DNA from: Cladosporium halotolerans
Taxonomy: Eukaryota
Direction of reading: 5' to 3'
Assembly: GCF_011745625.1 (NCBI RefSeq)
Contig: NW_027191461.1
Location: 496,001 to 560,000, forward strand
DNA length: 64,000 nucleotides
The notes beneath the pieces were generated by a model. The model was not told the DNA's origin, did not search any database, and worked only from the letters and a program-made list of their open reading frames with translations. This document shows positions 20,701 to 33,389 of this stretch, piece by piece. The stretch's first letter is position 1, and each line of letters opens with the position of its first letter. Position numbers and translations under genes: made by a program.

Positions 20701-23700
20701 GGCCGTTCTCGCGCAGGGTGCGGACAGCGCGGACAGAGCACCAGTCGAACTCGACAGACGAACCGATACGGTACACACCGGAGCCGAGGACCATGGTGCC
20801 CTTGTCCTCGAAGCTGATGTCGTGCTCGGCAGCGTTGTAGGTGACATAAAGGTAGTTGGTGAAGGCCGGGAACTCGGCAGCAACGGTATCGATCTGCTTG
20901 ACGAAGGGCATGATATTGTACTCGAGCCTGGCGCGGCGGACGTGGTTCTCGTTGCTGGACCAGAAGACGGCGAGCTGCTTGTCGGAGAAGCCTTGCTCCT
21001 TGGCGTGGCGGAAGACGGCCGGGGTGATGTCGTCGAGCCTGCGGCTGGACATCTGCTTGCGGAAGTCGCTGAGGGCCTTGAGCTTGGTCAGGAACCAGCG
21101 GTCGATTTTGGTCAGCTCCCAGATCTTCTCGACGGAGTAGCCGTTGTGCATGGCGTTGGCGATGGCGAACATGCGCTGGTCGGAGGGAGTCTGCAGCTCG
21201 GAGTCGAGGTCGATGGACATGAGCGCCTCGGTCTCGTTGAAGCCAAGGTTGCTGGGGTCGACAGCGCGGATGGCCTTCTGGATGGCCTCTTCGAAGGTCC
21301 TGCCGATGGCCATGACCTCACCAACACTCTTCATGGAAGAGCCGAGGAGCGTAGAGACACGAGTGAACTTCTTCAGATCCCAGCGAGGAATCTTGACGAC
21401 ACAGTAGTCGAGCGAAGGCTCGAAGCAAGCGCAGGTCTTCTTGGTAACGGAGTTCTTGATCTCGTTGAGAGGGATGTTAAGACCAAGCTTGGCAGCGACG
21501 AAGGCCAAGGGGTAACCGGTAGCCTTGGAGGCGAGGGCAGAAGATCTCGACAGACGAGCGTTGACTTCGATAATGCAGTACTCCCTGCTGTCGGGGTTGA
21601 GGGCGTACTGAATGTTACACTCACCGACGACGCCAAGATGCCTGATGACTCGGACGGCAGTCGTACGGAGCATGTTGTAGTCTTCGTCAGAGAGGGTCTG
21701 CGACGGAGCAACGACCACGGAGTCACCAGTGTGGATACCCAGAGGATCGAAGTTCTCCATGTTACACACGGTGATGCAGTTGTCCTGGCAATCACGAACA
21801 ACCTCGTACTCGATCTCCTTCCAGCCCTTCATACTGCGCTCAACAAGAATCTGAGGGCTGACAGCAAAGGCCTTCTGGCAAAGATCGACGTACTGCTCCT
21901 GGTTCTCGGCGAAACCACTGCCCAGACCACCAAGGGCGTAGGCGGCACGGATAATGACGGGGAATCCGATCTCTTTGACGGCCTCCATGGCCTCGTTAAA
22001 GTTGTTGGCAGACTTGGATTTAGCGCAGGGAGCGCCGATAGAGTCCATGCTCCTGGCGAAGAGCTCACGGTCCTCGGTAGTGATGATGGTATCAATCGGG
22101 GTACCAAGAACCTGAACACCGAGCTCCTCGAACTCATCCTTGAGCTGGATACCGACAGAGAGGGCGGTCTGGCCACCGAAAGTGCAGTAGATGGCGTCAG
22201 GACGCTCCTGCTTGATGACCTTGCGGACGAACTCGGCGTTGACCGGCAGGAAGTAGACCTTGTCCGCAAGACCCTTGGAGGTCTGGATAGTCGCAATGTT
22301 AGGGTTGATCAAGATGGTGTAGATACCCTCCTCTTTCAAGGCCTTGATAGCCTGGGAACCAGAGTAGTCAAACTCGCCAGCCTGGCCAATGCTGAGACCA
22401 CCACTACCGAGAACAAGGACCTTCTTGACGTTGACCCTAGGCTTGAGCGCCGCGTTCTCAGCGGCGTCACCACCAGGGAACTTGACGGGCTGCTGCATCT
22501 TGCTGGGGTCGTTGATCACATCCATGATGGTCTGAATGAAAGTGTCGAAGAGGAACTCAGTGTCGCGAGGACCAGGTGCGCTCTCAGGGTGGAACTGCAC
22601 ACTGAAGTAGGGGCGGCTAGCGTGCCTGATACCCTCGTTGCTGTGGTCGTTGGCGTTGACAAAGAGCTCTTCCCATCCCTCGGTCAGAGTGTCGGCGTTG
22701 ACGGCGTAACCGTGGTTCTGAGAAGTGATATAGCACTTGCCGGAGAGCAGGTTGGTGCAAGGGATGTTGTGTCCGCGGTTACCGAACTTCATCTTGAGGG
22801 TGTCGGCGCCAGAGGCGCGGGCCAGCAGCTGGTGACCAAGACAGATACCGAAGATGGGAGTCCTGGCCTCCTTCATTGCCTCCTGAATGTGCTTGACGGT
22901 GTTCTCCATCAGGGAGGGGTCACCCGGTCCGTTGGACAAGAAGAGACCGTCATACTCTTTGCCGGCCAGCTTGGGGAAATCGTAGTCCCAGGGCACAACC
23001 TCGACCTCCACGCCGCGCGCGATGAGGCAGCGCAGCTGGTTGTATTTGAGACCAACATCGACACAGACAACACGCACGGGTCTACCTGACGGGTGCTTCA
23101 ACGCAACGGACGGGCTTGGAGAATAGATTTTGGGTTTTGAGGTTGAGACTATGAACCACAATCAGATTCAATCTTCTATTTAGGGAGGGCGCGACAAGCT
23201 CACCGTCAGCCACCAGGTTCCTGATGTTCGGATCGTACCAATCGATTTCCTCGAACACCGGGACGTCCTGGGTCGCATCGCCGAAGTAGCCGTTGACAGT
23301 GCCGGGCACCGAGAGGCCGTGGTCGACTGTCGAGACAGCGGGAGTGGTCAGTCCACCAGGCGTCATTGCGCCGCTAGGGGTGAGGGCGCCGTTCGAAGAG
23401 GCGGATTGCTTGCGGGAGCCAGTCTGCATGAGCAGGCGTCCCAGCATGCTACCCTTCTCTCTTATCCTCTTAGTCAATGCACGGGTATCCACACCGCAGA
23501 TGGCGGGCACATTCTGCTCCTTCAGCCAGGTTCCGAGGGAAGACGCGGCGAGGTAGTGAGAGTAGTCCTCTCCGCAGTAAGATGCAACTACGAGACCCGC
23601 GATGTGAATCTGCGAAGCCTCGAAGTGCGCAGGCAGGTCGGGAAGAATGGGGTCCCTGGTCTCTCTCGAGGGAACACCATAGTTACCCACCAGAGGGAAG

Positions 23701-23894
23701 GTAATGACCAGAATCTGGCCGCGGTAAGAAGGGTCAGTGATCGACTCCGGGTAGCCGACCATGCCAGTCTGGAAAACCAGTTCACCGGCGACGCTGCGAT
23801 CGGCACCGAAGCTCTTCCCCTCGCAAAAGCGAATGGCATCGTCGCCACTCTTGACCTCGAGGGCCATCATGCCCGAACTCTCCTGGGCGGCCAT
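17772..23894 (-). CDS. URA2: Pyrimidine-specific multifunctional GATase-CPSase-ATCase, 1864 aa; introns 23149-23203, 20321-20680, 20242-20295, 17829-17887
   Basis: GATase ([16 protein letters not shown]), CPSase ([31 protein letters not shown]), MGS domain, ATCase ([22 protein letters not shown]); exon lengths sum to 5595 nt, in frame. Confidence 0.97.
20402..20675 (-). repeat. Two diverged direct repeats (~105 nt, starting at 20402 and 20566) with internal hairpins in URA2 intron 2
   Basis: Ungapped manual alignment gives 73/90 identity; each copy has GCUUC/GAAGC and GCGGG/(C/U)CCGC stems. Confidence 0.9.
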
Positions 23895-24005
23895 TTCCAG
23901 AAGCTTGTGAGTAGTCGCCCTGCTGTGACCTGCAGAGTGGTGAGAAGGAATGAATTGAGTAAGTTGAGCTTGCGCAGAGCAAGGATCGGTGAGATAAAAG
24001 AAGAA

Positions 24006-24160
24006 AACCCTTCAGAAGCTTTCGGCAGCAGAGAAAGTAGGCCCAAAAATTTAGAACGTGCCAAGCAGCGATCTGCGCTCGAAGCTCGCCCCAATGCGCG
24101 CGCTAACCCCGCGCAGACTCGTAGCAGAGCCCACGCGTGCGGGTGCGCATATGAAGGGTT
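24006..24160 (-). promoter_or_regulatory. Long hairpin with embedded uORF upstream of URA2
   Basis: Five nested complementary segments; uORF 24150-24103; TATATA at 24203-24198. Confidence 0.55.
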
Positions 24161-25000
24161 CAGCCGCCTGCGGGCGGTGGGACAGTAGAAAAAGCTGTAT
24201 ATATCGTATTGGCAGCAGACAATGCGCTCTGTGTGTGGTACAGCATCCGTCATCACTGTATTGAGCTGGCGGGCGTCTGATCTCGCGAAAGACGACATTT
24301 TCGCTGAACGGGCCTTCACAGCGATGCCGGCGAGCATGTGACGTCGAGGTTCCAGCCCTTGAGCAACGTCTGGCACGTGCCTGGCGGTAGAACGTTGGAA
24401 GCGCTTGTGCAACCCATGTGAGAAACGATGGGACGAATCGTCAGCGGTGAAGGTCATCACGACTCCAGATTGTCTCTCTGTTTTGCTCTCCAGTAAATCG
24501 AAAGTGAAGCGAAGTGGTGCAGTGGCGTGCTACCTTTTTTTTTTGCTTCAGATGGTCTTTGATAGGCCCCTGTCGAATTGATCATACCTCGATGAGCGCC
24601 GAACTTTTTACTCAAGAGATCAAAGCGCCGCCGTTTGGCAGACGTTATCACGACCCAGATCGCCAGTCTGTTGGCAAGAAGCCAGGCCTAGAATATGAAG
24701 CGAAGAGGTGCAGTGGCATGCTATCCCTTGCTTATTTCAAGCGCTCTTTGACAGACCCATGCAGTACTGATCAAATGAAGAGCGCCTAGCTTGCAGTCAA
24801 GAGATTCAACGTGTTGCTTGTTGGCAAACGTGGTGAAGACAATGATTCCGATTCTATCGCTCGTGCGCGATCTATTGGTCCCTAACGCCGCCGCTCTACC
24901 CTTGTCTTGCACCGATCAGTAATCCAGCTATGCGTGCAAGTATTCACAAAGAAAGCAAACAAAACAAAACGGTGACAGAAGAGGATAGCACCTCTTTGCC

Positions 25001-26227
25001 TTAGATGCCAAAAAATACCTTCATGCGCTCGTACACGAAGAAGCTCGTTGCCGCTAAGGGCACGACCTTCACATACCCGATCCCAAGACCAACGTAGAAT
25101 CCGCGGAAGCCTTTTGTCTTGTAAATGTTCCCAGCAACCTCAGTCATCGTTAGGCGGTGTCCGTCGCCAACGACACCACCGACTTGCATCCGTCTCCTGA
25201 TAACTTCCAGTGGGTAAGAAAGAGTTTGTGACACAAGACCTGCAAGTGCACCTGTCGTGAGCTCCGCCCATGCGCGGAGAGGCGCAGGCTTATTGGGTGC
25301 CAATTGTCGCTGCGTTCGCTCAGAAAGTGGTAGAATAGTGTAAGGGGCAAGAGCTGGCTTGCGCATAAAGTCGCCTGCAGCATCGTGTGTAAGGAAACTC
25401 GAGCCAGCGTATGGGATCATGCCCCAGAGAGTAGGAGTAAAGCCGCGGAAGAAGTTGGCCAGACCCCGTTGTTGCGTCACCGCACTAATTGCCTGAGTAG
25501 AAGCAGATATCGCGGATGCGGCTGACTCTGGGATTGCTGATCCCAGCTGTGGTGGTGCCCTAGGTGCTGGCACCTTCTCATTGTAGATCGTCCGGCAAAT
25601 GTCAGACAGTCCAACGCGGCCGTGCGATTTGGTCTCAAAAGCTAGCCGCACACGAATAACCTCCAGAGGATATGTTGCGAGAACGCTGAAGCAGCCGGCT
25701 ATGGAACCAGCAAGGAATCTCCTCAAATGCGTCTCTTCTGCCTTGCTTCTAATGACCATTGCGCGCACCTGCTCGTACGCCAGAAATTTTATGCCACCAT
25801 ACGGGAAGATCCTCAACAGTGTTGCTGAGTGTCCACGAAAGAGGCCTTTGCCGCCGTCGCTGCGGTATATGTCTCGCATTGCCTTGAGCGCTCCAGTCCA
25901 TGATCCTGTGTATTTTGCAAACTCCGGATTGCTCGCCTGGAACAAGATCTTCACTCTGTCCAGTGGCCCGACCACTGTCTTCGCTGCACACGCCGCGAGG
26001 CCTCCCGCGACACCACTACGTAAAGCATACTGCCAGCTCTGCTGAGGTACCTTGCTCTTCTCGCTCTTGCCGGACATTTGTATGGGTGCTGCAGCGGCAT
26101 GATCGGAAGAATCGCTTGCGGCTATCGCAGGTGGGCCACTGTTCCCAGACGGTCGGCTGGGTGTCATCTTCGGTGATTCGTGTGACGGTGTGCCATGGCT
26201 GACCTGCCGGTCGGCAATTGCACTCAT
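25001..26227 (-). CDS. LEU5: Mitochondrial carrier, probable CoA transporter
   Basis: Three carrier repeats (PLDRVKILFQ, PLEVIRVRL, PLEVIRRRMQ); GHSATLLRIFPY is typical of LEU5/SLC25A16. Confidence 0.88.
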   Translation of the reverse strand: MSAIADRQVSHGTPSHESPKMTPSRPSGNSGPPAIAASDSSDHAAAAPIQMSGKSEKSKVPQQSWQYALRSGVAGGLAACAAKTVVGPLDRVKILFQASNPEFAKYTGSWTGALKAMRDIYRSDGGKGLFRGHSATLLRIFPYGGIKFLAYEQVRAMVIRSKAEETHLRRFLAGSIAGCFSVLATYPLEVIRVRLAFETKSHGRVGLSDICRTIYNEKVPAPRAPPQLGSAIPESAASAISASTQAISAVTQQRGLANFFRGFTPTLWGMIPYAGSSFLTHDAAGDFMRKPALAPYTILPLSERTQRQLAPNKPAPLRAWAELTTGALAGLVSQTLSYPLEVIRRRMQVGGVVGDGHRLTMTEVAGNIYKTKGFRGFYVGLGIGYVKVVPLAATSFFVYERMKVFFGI

Positions 26228-26831
26228 CTAGCGCGAAATATATGGATATCGATATGGGGTGGCGCTTTTCGCTGCGGGTATGGTCGAACCATGCGGCAAA
26301 CGGGTCGGTGCGGACAGTCTCGTGAGACCCGATATTATCAAGCAACTGGTAGAATATGTCGTCGGCAGTGGTTTATTCGGAGTGAGTACGGAATAAGGCC
26401 AAGCAATGAGAGCGAATTGAAATGTGTTTACCAGCCGGTAAGGCGGAAGTTCCAGATATGACGGCGGCGATCTGCTGCCGATGACCCGAGGCTCACGCGA
26501 GGCGGCTCAAGTGACTAAGCCGAGACGCGGCGCATGTCAACCTCAGGCACACACAACATCAACAAACCACCAACGGCACCCAACTTCAGCGCTTCTCTAA
26601 ATGCACGGTAGAGACGATTTTGCAAACGCGTCAAAATCACACTCGCAACGTATGATAGTGCTCACCTAGTTTTGAACACCGGTAAGCATAATATTATGGC
26701 GTATAGGTATTCTTGTTTCGTGATTGATCTATTCATAGGTAACAGCTCTTCTCAACAAGAGCGACGTTTGAACTTAGAGGTCCAGGGCACCTCCCAAGGC
26801 TGTCATCATAACAATCAGAAAAACGGCAAAA

Positions 26832-28163
26832 ATGCCGAGAGATAGCGCCATAATCTGGCAGAATGCAGATCGCACGGTCACAATTATTGACATACCGCAC
26901 TCAATCTCTTGCGCGCAGACTCTAGGCAACAGACCTCACCCTGGATCACTGCTCTCAATACCACCGCTAGAGAAGCCATATGTTACAAGAGAACCAAAGA
27001 ATGCCTCTAAGCAAGCGAAACTTGCTGGAAATACTGTCGAGCCTCGTTTGCACGCAATATATGCAAGCGCAATCGAGAACGCTTTCGCTAGCATCAGTAC
27101 GACTCATAACGACCAATGGTGTTTTCGTCGCCCTTTCGTCACACAGCCGCCTCCGAGATCTAAAAAGCGCAAGCTGAGCTCAGAACGCGAGGAGCCTGCT
27201 TCAAGCGACGCGGCTCAAGCGGCCTCGCGCCCGACCGAGGTCTCTGTTGACTTCCTTCCGTTCGAGTCTACGCCGTCCATTTCCAAGATCGACGGCGTCA
27301 GATCTGCGGACGTGTATGACGATGATGAAGAGGAGAATTTTGCAAGCGCTGCACCAGATGTCACGTCCCCGGTCAAGATGTCGCTTGTTCATCCGAAGGA
27401 CCAGAAAGCTGTTCTCGACCTCCTGATCCCTCCGAAGTCGTCCTTCGTTCTCGGACCCGTCAGTGATTCCAACAACTTTCGGCATTCCGTTCAGGTTCAG
27501 GCCCAGAAGCTCGACGTACCGAAGAAGTTCGACCTCATCCTAATGGATCCGCCATGGCGGAACAGGTCCGTCAGGCGAACCCACAAGACCCCCAATTCCA
27601 CCTACAAAGTAAGCTCATCACATGACGACATCTTCAGCATGATGGGAAAGATGGACCTCGACATGTTAATGGCAGATTCTTGCTTGGTCGCCATCTGGAT
27701 CACCAACAGTCCCACTATTCGCGAGCTGGTGCTCGGCAAAGGCGGGTTGTTCGAACACTGGGGCGTGAAATTGGTCGAGGAATGGGTGTGGCTTAAGGTC
27801 ACGAAGGACGGCGAGCCAGTCAGCTCGATCGACTCCTTGTGGATGAAGCCCTACGAGGTGCTGCTACTCGGCCGCGTTGACAACGGCTGGCAGCAAGCTC
27901 CACGTCAGGAGCAATTTCAAAGCCAAGAAGAGTCCTCAGCCGATGACGAGGTCAAAAGGCGCGTCATCTTTGGCGTACCCGATCTGCACTCTCGCAAGCC
28001 CTGTGTTAAGGAGCTCATCGAGCCGATGATGCCCGATTGGAGGGAGTATCGAGCGCTTGAGATCTTCTCTCGTCACCTTGTGGCTGGTTGGTGGAGCTGG
28101 GGCGATGAATGCGTGAAGTTCAACTGGCAAGGATACTGGCAGCATGACGATTCGAGCGCTTAA
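26832..28163 (+). CDS. MT-A70 family N6-adenine methyltransferase, METTL4-like
   Basis: FDLILMDPPWRNRSVRR, IWITN, EWVWLKVTKDGEPV, KPYEVLLLG, HSRKP, LEIFSR, WWSWGDE. Confidence 0.9.
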   Translation: MPRDSAIIWQNADRTVTIIDIPHSISCAQTLGNRPHPGSLLSIPPLEKPYVTREPKNASKQAKLAGNTVEPRLHAIYASAIENAFASISTTHNDQWCFRRPFVTQPPPRSKKRKLSSEREEPASSDAAQAASRPTEVSVDFLPFESTPSISKIDGVRSADVYDDDEEENFASAAPDVTSPVKMSLVHPKDQKAVLDLLIPPKSSFVLGPVSDSNNFRHSVQVQAQKLDVPKKFDLILMDPPWRNRSVRRTHKTPNSTYKVSSSHDDIFSMMGKMDLDMLMADSCLVAIWITNSPTIRELVLGKGGLFEHWGVKLVEEWVWLKVTKDGEPVSSIDSLWMKPYEVLLLGRVDNGWQQAPRQEQFQSQEESSADDEVKRRVIFGVPDLHSRKPCVKELIEPMMPDWREYRALEIFSRHLVAGWWSWGDECVKFNWQGYWQHDDSSA

Positions 28164-29137
28164 GTTCAGCAGCAGTCAGTAGTCAGGCTCTCCCAATTGA
28201 AATGCAGTCTCAACAGCCTATAGCAAAAGGTAGCACCCTAACATTTCTTTCCTCTCCGGAGAGACCAGCCATAATGAGAGCATCTCCAGTGGCCGCTGAT
28301 GAGCCAGTGTATACAGCGTGGTTGATAACCCCGATTATCGGCTTAAGCGCGACGCGCTTTGCTACGGACTGCCCCGAGTCAATCGTACGCCTCTGACCCG
28401 TGCCTATCTTTGTTAGTGTGAGCGGGGAGGGTATGACTTCGACCTCATCGTCGCTAGTGAGATCGATAGAGGTCGCGGGCGAAGAGAGGGGAGTCGTCTC
28501 CGTTGCCGAAGTGCCACTGGTAACGTTATGATGGTCGGTAATAGCACCAGTAGCCTATAGCTTCCAGTTCTTGATCGCCTCGGCATTAACCTTGCGACTT
28601 TCTTCTTTGGTATCCCTATCCTTGATAACGACCAGGTTTGAGGGACGCTCACCATTGAGCCCCTCTCCGTCGTAGGCGAACTTATCTGCGGCTTCTCGGA
28701 GAGTTGAGAAATTTGCAAAGAATCGGTTCGTGATGGAACACCACGATCCGCAACCTTTCGGACTTGCCTTCCCCTCACCCCTAGGCAGCGAGATACTACG
28801 GCTTGAACCTTTGCGTTTGTTCGTTCAGACCGTTGTTCCCGAGTTGTATAAACAAAAGCGAGCTTCTATTGCCTAGGATAGTGCTTTGTTTTCGATGAGC
28901 TCGCTACTGCCTTCGGCTTAAACCGACAATCGATCCCTACCATGGAGATACCATGCTGATTCCAGCTCTTTACCCATCGCATTCGAGCTTTCTCAGAGCG
29001 TCTATAGTCAGCTGCGGTCCGCTGCCGGACGAAATACGACCCGTACCCGCTCTTCTTTGCAATCCACTTCGAATTCCCACTCCCGACGTTCACCCGGAGG
29101 AAAAGAACGGCCACAAAAAGGAAGAAACTCGCGTTCC

Positions 29138-29233
29138 TGGCTCTGCCGTGATTCGAACACGGGTTAGTACGGTCGTTGTTTGCTCAGTGATGAGATCCAC
29201 AACGTACTGTGATGCCAGCTACACTACAGAACC
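29138..29233 (-). tRNA. tRNA-His(GTG) with a ~24-nt intron after position 37
   Basis: Acceptor GGTTCTG/CAGAGCC, anticodon stem GTACG/CGTAC with TT-GTG-G loop, T arm CCGTG-TTCGAAT-CACGG, downstream T5. Confidence 0.93.
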
Positions 29234-31270
29234 GTGTGGGCCGACATGATTGGACTGTTTATATCACTTTCCGGTTGCGAAGATGCTGAGGATCATGCGG
29301 TCGACGCCGTTGACGACGGCGTAGACCTCGTAGGAACGGGTTCGAATATAAATAGACATCGGAAGAAGCGCTGGCTGCTGCGTTGAGGGATTTGGACGTG
29401 TGGCCCGACCGAGAATATTTCGTCCAGAAGCCAGCCTCCAGTGGTGCTTTCCAGCTTGATTGACATCCACTGCTACATACGAACGGAGACAGAGGCAGAT
29501 GACGAAGAGCAAGTGAAGGCCAACCGCCGTGAGTATGTGTTGATCACCAGATTCCAAGGAACACTAACGAAGACGTATGCCCGGCATGCCAGGTAGTGTG
29601 GGAAATGTCGTCGCGTATGCACCTTACGTGCAGGGCCTCCCGGGCACACAGCCTCTATGCGCCGGATCACATGGTCTCTGACCGATTGGAAGGGAAGAAA
29701 TATTGGCACGTGTGGAGCAACCGTCGAGCACTTGCCTTGGCTTTCATGTTAGAAGAGATAACTCCGCAACACTTGCGGTGGGTCTTTCTCGACGTGTGAA
29801 TACTCCGTGGACATTGCCGGCGCGCAGAAGCACGTGGCTTAGCCATCTGCACATGCCACGGACAAAGATGGCTTTGAGGCTCGTCTAGTGTCGTAGGTCC
29901 ACTCTATCGGCACAGCAGTGGACCGCCATGGCACTATACAGATGGGACTCTAAACGCCATGGCAATTGGCGTCCGTTAGCAGTTTTTTGGCAGTGGACTT
30001 AGAGCAGTTCTGTTTCTGCCCGAATCGACCAAGATCGCAGCAAGACTCCAGACGCCAGCGTTGGCCACAGCACATCTTCGACTTTCGACACCATGTTCAA
30101 AACACGCTCTAGGGTCGGAAGCAACGGGTCTTGCACATCGAAAGATCCTCGCTCCTGGTTGTCTGTAGCGAGGCCAAGCAGAGGTTCTTGACTCGACCAA
30201 GGAGAGAGTGCCGCCGCTTGAAGGAGTGAAGGAGCGCAAAGAAGAGTTGGCAAAGGAGCCAAGCGTGTTGCATCCGAGATACTCTTAGATCTGCAGACAT
30301 CCGGTCAAACAGCGAGGACGCTGGGCTTTCTTAGGTAGCACGCCTAAGAGTCTCCACAGTTGAGTGTTGTCGTGCCTTGGCTGGGGAGCGGGTCCTGGAG
30401 TCGGGAGCCCATGGGACCCCGTGAGCGGAGCGCGGCACGTTCGCTGCCGCCAACTGTACCTTGGCTGGAGGGCAGACCTCGAAGAATGATTGTTGATGCA
30501 GGAAAAGAGGCGTTGCCGAAAGGTCAGCCTCCTACATCAAGCGCCTGCAAGGCTGGACATGGCACCAGCCCCGAGGACGTGCCAAGGCCGCGGCTTCCTG
30601 AGACGCGACGCCTTTCCGCGCCCTGCGTGGCGCCTGGCATTTGGACTCCCACTCATGCGCGGAAGCCGGTATGCACAATTCAGGTGAACGCGTCTGGTGC
30701 TCTGTATTGTTACGCCCCAACTGCGCGCTATGTGTGTGGTTGGCCTCTTGTTGCCAATAACCATCAAAGTCGTCTGAAAGAAGTGGCAACGGGCTTCACT
30801 GGTGTTGACCCGTGGGTCACCCACGCCATCTTGAGACGAGCCTCTGCAAGACATCAAACTGTCTCTCGTTATCGCCGACACGTTACCATGCACTCCCACG
30901 GTCTTCTCTGTTGCTGGCTTCCGTTATTTCACTCCTTGGCAATGACCTGCGGTCTTGATGCCCCCACCACGTCCGGCTCTGCGAGAATGTTGCCCTTGGC
31001 GCCTAGATGACTTGGGATGCGTAAACACTCAGCGTTGGACTTGGCCTGCTGTCGCCGCGTAAATTCTTTGCTCGTGGTCAACTTCAGGAATTGGCTTCCG
31101 TCACAATAATGGAGACGACGGATTTTCTACGCTGCCGCATACGGCATGCCCGAGATAATGGCGCGACATGACCTTGGCGGCGTTGGGAACCCCAACTCCC
31201 CATCTTCCTATATCAACTGGGGAACCCGCAACCCCAGAAAGGTAGATTACGCCTTGTCCCACCCGCAAAC

Positions 31271-33389
31271 ATGTCGCCCCATCCGGATTCCGAGAAAGTT
31301 GCAAGCAAGGCCACAGCGCCCGACCAGACTATGATCGAGAAGCACGAGAATGAGGACTCAGGAACGTCCTCGCCAGCACGGGCATCACTCAATTACCCAA
31401 CGGAGAGGAAGTCTTCACCTCCCACCACTTTTTGGGGCAAGCTGGGAGCATGGATGGGCAACCTCCCTGAATGGGGTGTTGGAGGGAAAAAGCTTTCGGG
31501 CAAAAGGCTCAACTTCTACATTGGCTTCATCGCTTCCAACGGCTTCCTCATGTTCGGATACGATCAGGGTGTCCTCAGTGCGTTGATTACACTCGAGAGC
31601 TGGCAACGGGTGTTTCCTCTCATGACGCCTAGAGAACTCCCGAACGATCTCTGCTGGATCAACGGCGATCGCAATATGCCTGACCCTAATCAGTGCACCG
31701 GTGATGCGAACATGCAAGCTTTCGCTGTCGCCATCTACCAAATTGGATGCTTCTTTGGAGCTGTTGTCATTCTATTCTACGGCGAGAAATGGGGTCGCAA
31801 ACCGTCAACATTCTGGGGTTCTCTTGTCATGATCATCGGCACTGTCTTGCAAGCTGGGGCCAATGGATACGCGCTTCTCTGTGTCGGTCGTGTTATTGGT
31901 GGAGTTGGCAACGGAATGGTGAAGCGACCTATTTAAACACTGGTAGGACGTCAATACTGACATTACTCACAGGTCACCTCGACAATTCCAACATGGCAAT
32001 CTGAATGCGCCAGGCCCGAGAAGAGAGGTGTCATGATTATTCTGGCTGGAGCTATCATTTCCGGCGGCGTCATGATCGTAAGTGGTCAATTCCTCACGCT
32101 CCCAAGTTTGCAAGAGGATCGGCTAACAATAATTGGCAGGCATACTGGATCGACTACGGGTTCTATTTCCTCAGCGGATCTGTCCAATGGCGTTTTCCGG
32201 TGGCCTTCCAATCTTTCTTCACCATTGTCGTCATGGTTGGACTGCTGTTCCTGCCTGATTCGCCACGTTGGCTTATGATGAATGACCGCAATGAGGAAGC
32301 ACACGACGTCATCGCCCGTCTCCTTGGCCATGATTTGGATCACCCCGATGTCTTGGAAGAGATGAGCAACATCAGGGAATCGCTGTACATTCAGAACCGC
32401 GGCGGCGGCTTCAAATACCGCGAGTTGCTCACGAACGGCCCTTCTCAGAACTTCCGCAGGACCTTCCTTGGAGCACTCTCGCAGTTCTGTCAGCAATTTT
32501 GCGGTATCAACCTGGTCGTAAGTCACTCTTAAAAGCCGTTGTTCAAGTGTGATCAGAAGCTAATTCGAATGTTTCAGACCTACTATGCCACCTACATCTT
32601 TGAGAACTCTCTCGGCTTTGACCCCAACCTATCGCGTCTCATTTCCGCATGCAACGGCACTGAGTACTTCCTGGCATCCTTGCTTGCTATCCCAGCAATT
32701 GAGCGTTACGGTCGCCGTGCGCTCATGTTCTTCGGCGCAGCCGGCATGTCAGCCGCTATGGCTATCCTCGCTGGTGTAGTCTCGACTGGTGTCGTTGATG
32801 AGGTGACTGGTGCCCCAGTGCTTGAGGACCGCTACGGTATTACCGCGGTCGTCATGTTATTCGTCTTCAACTCTTTCTTCGGTATTGGATGGCTCGGTAT
32901 GACCTGGCTTTTGCCGGCAGAGCTCACCAACCTGCGCACTCGCATTCACGCCAATGCAGTCTCCACGTGCTCAAATTGGCTATCAAATGTACGTATCGCC
33001 CCATTCATCCCGACAAAAAATTGTGCTAAAGAGGTGTCCAGTTCGTCATCGTCATGATCGCTCCCCCGGCCTTCACCAATCTGACCTGGCGCACCTACAT
33101 CATCTTCGCCGTGCTCAACGCCGCCCTGATTCCCACCGTCTACTTCCTCTTCCCTGAGCCTAAGGGCCGAAGTCTCGAAGAGATGGACGTCATCTTCGCC
33201 AGCGCCTGGGCCGATGGCGTCAGCCCTGTCAAGCGTGCAAAGCAGATGCCGAAGCTCACTGGCAACCAGGTCGAGACGGAGCTGGCCAAGTACTTCGGCG
33301 AGGAGGAAGCACAGATCAGGAGGAGAAGCTCTGTTGCGCAGCAAGCTCATCAGGGTACGCCGGCTGCTGCGCAGGGTGCTGGGTCCTAG
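31271..33389 (+). CDS. MFS sugar/polyol transporter, STL1-like; introns 31919-31972, 32078-32139, 32518-32577, 32989-33041
   Basis: MFGYDQGV, GRK, PTWQSEC, PDSPRWL, QQFCGINL, PEPKGRSLEEMD. Confidence 0.92.

Noticed and set aside
17957..23089. Long plus-strand ORFs (521 and 842 aa) antisense to URA2
   Set aside because: Expected mirror frames of a strongly codon-biased gene; no recognisable protein
28200..31200. Short ORFs in the 3-kb intergenic region
   Set aside because: No recognisable motifs or gene structure; only the tRNA-His is supported
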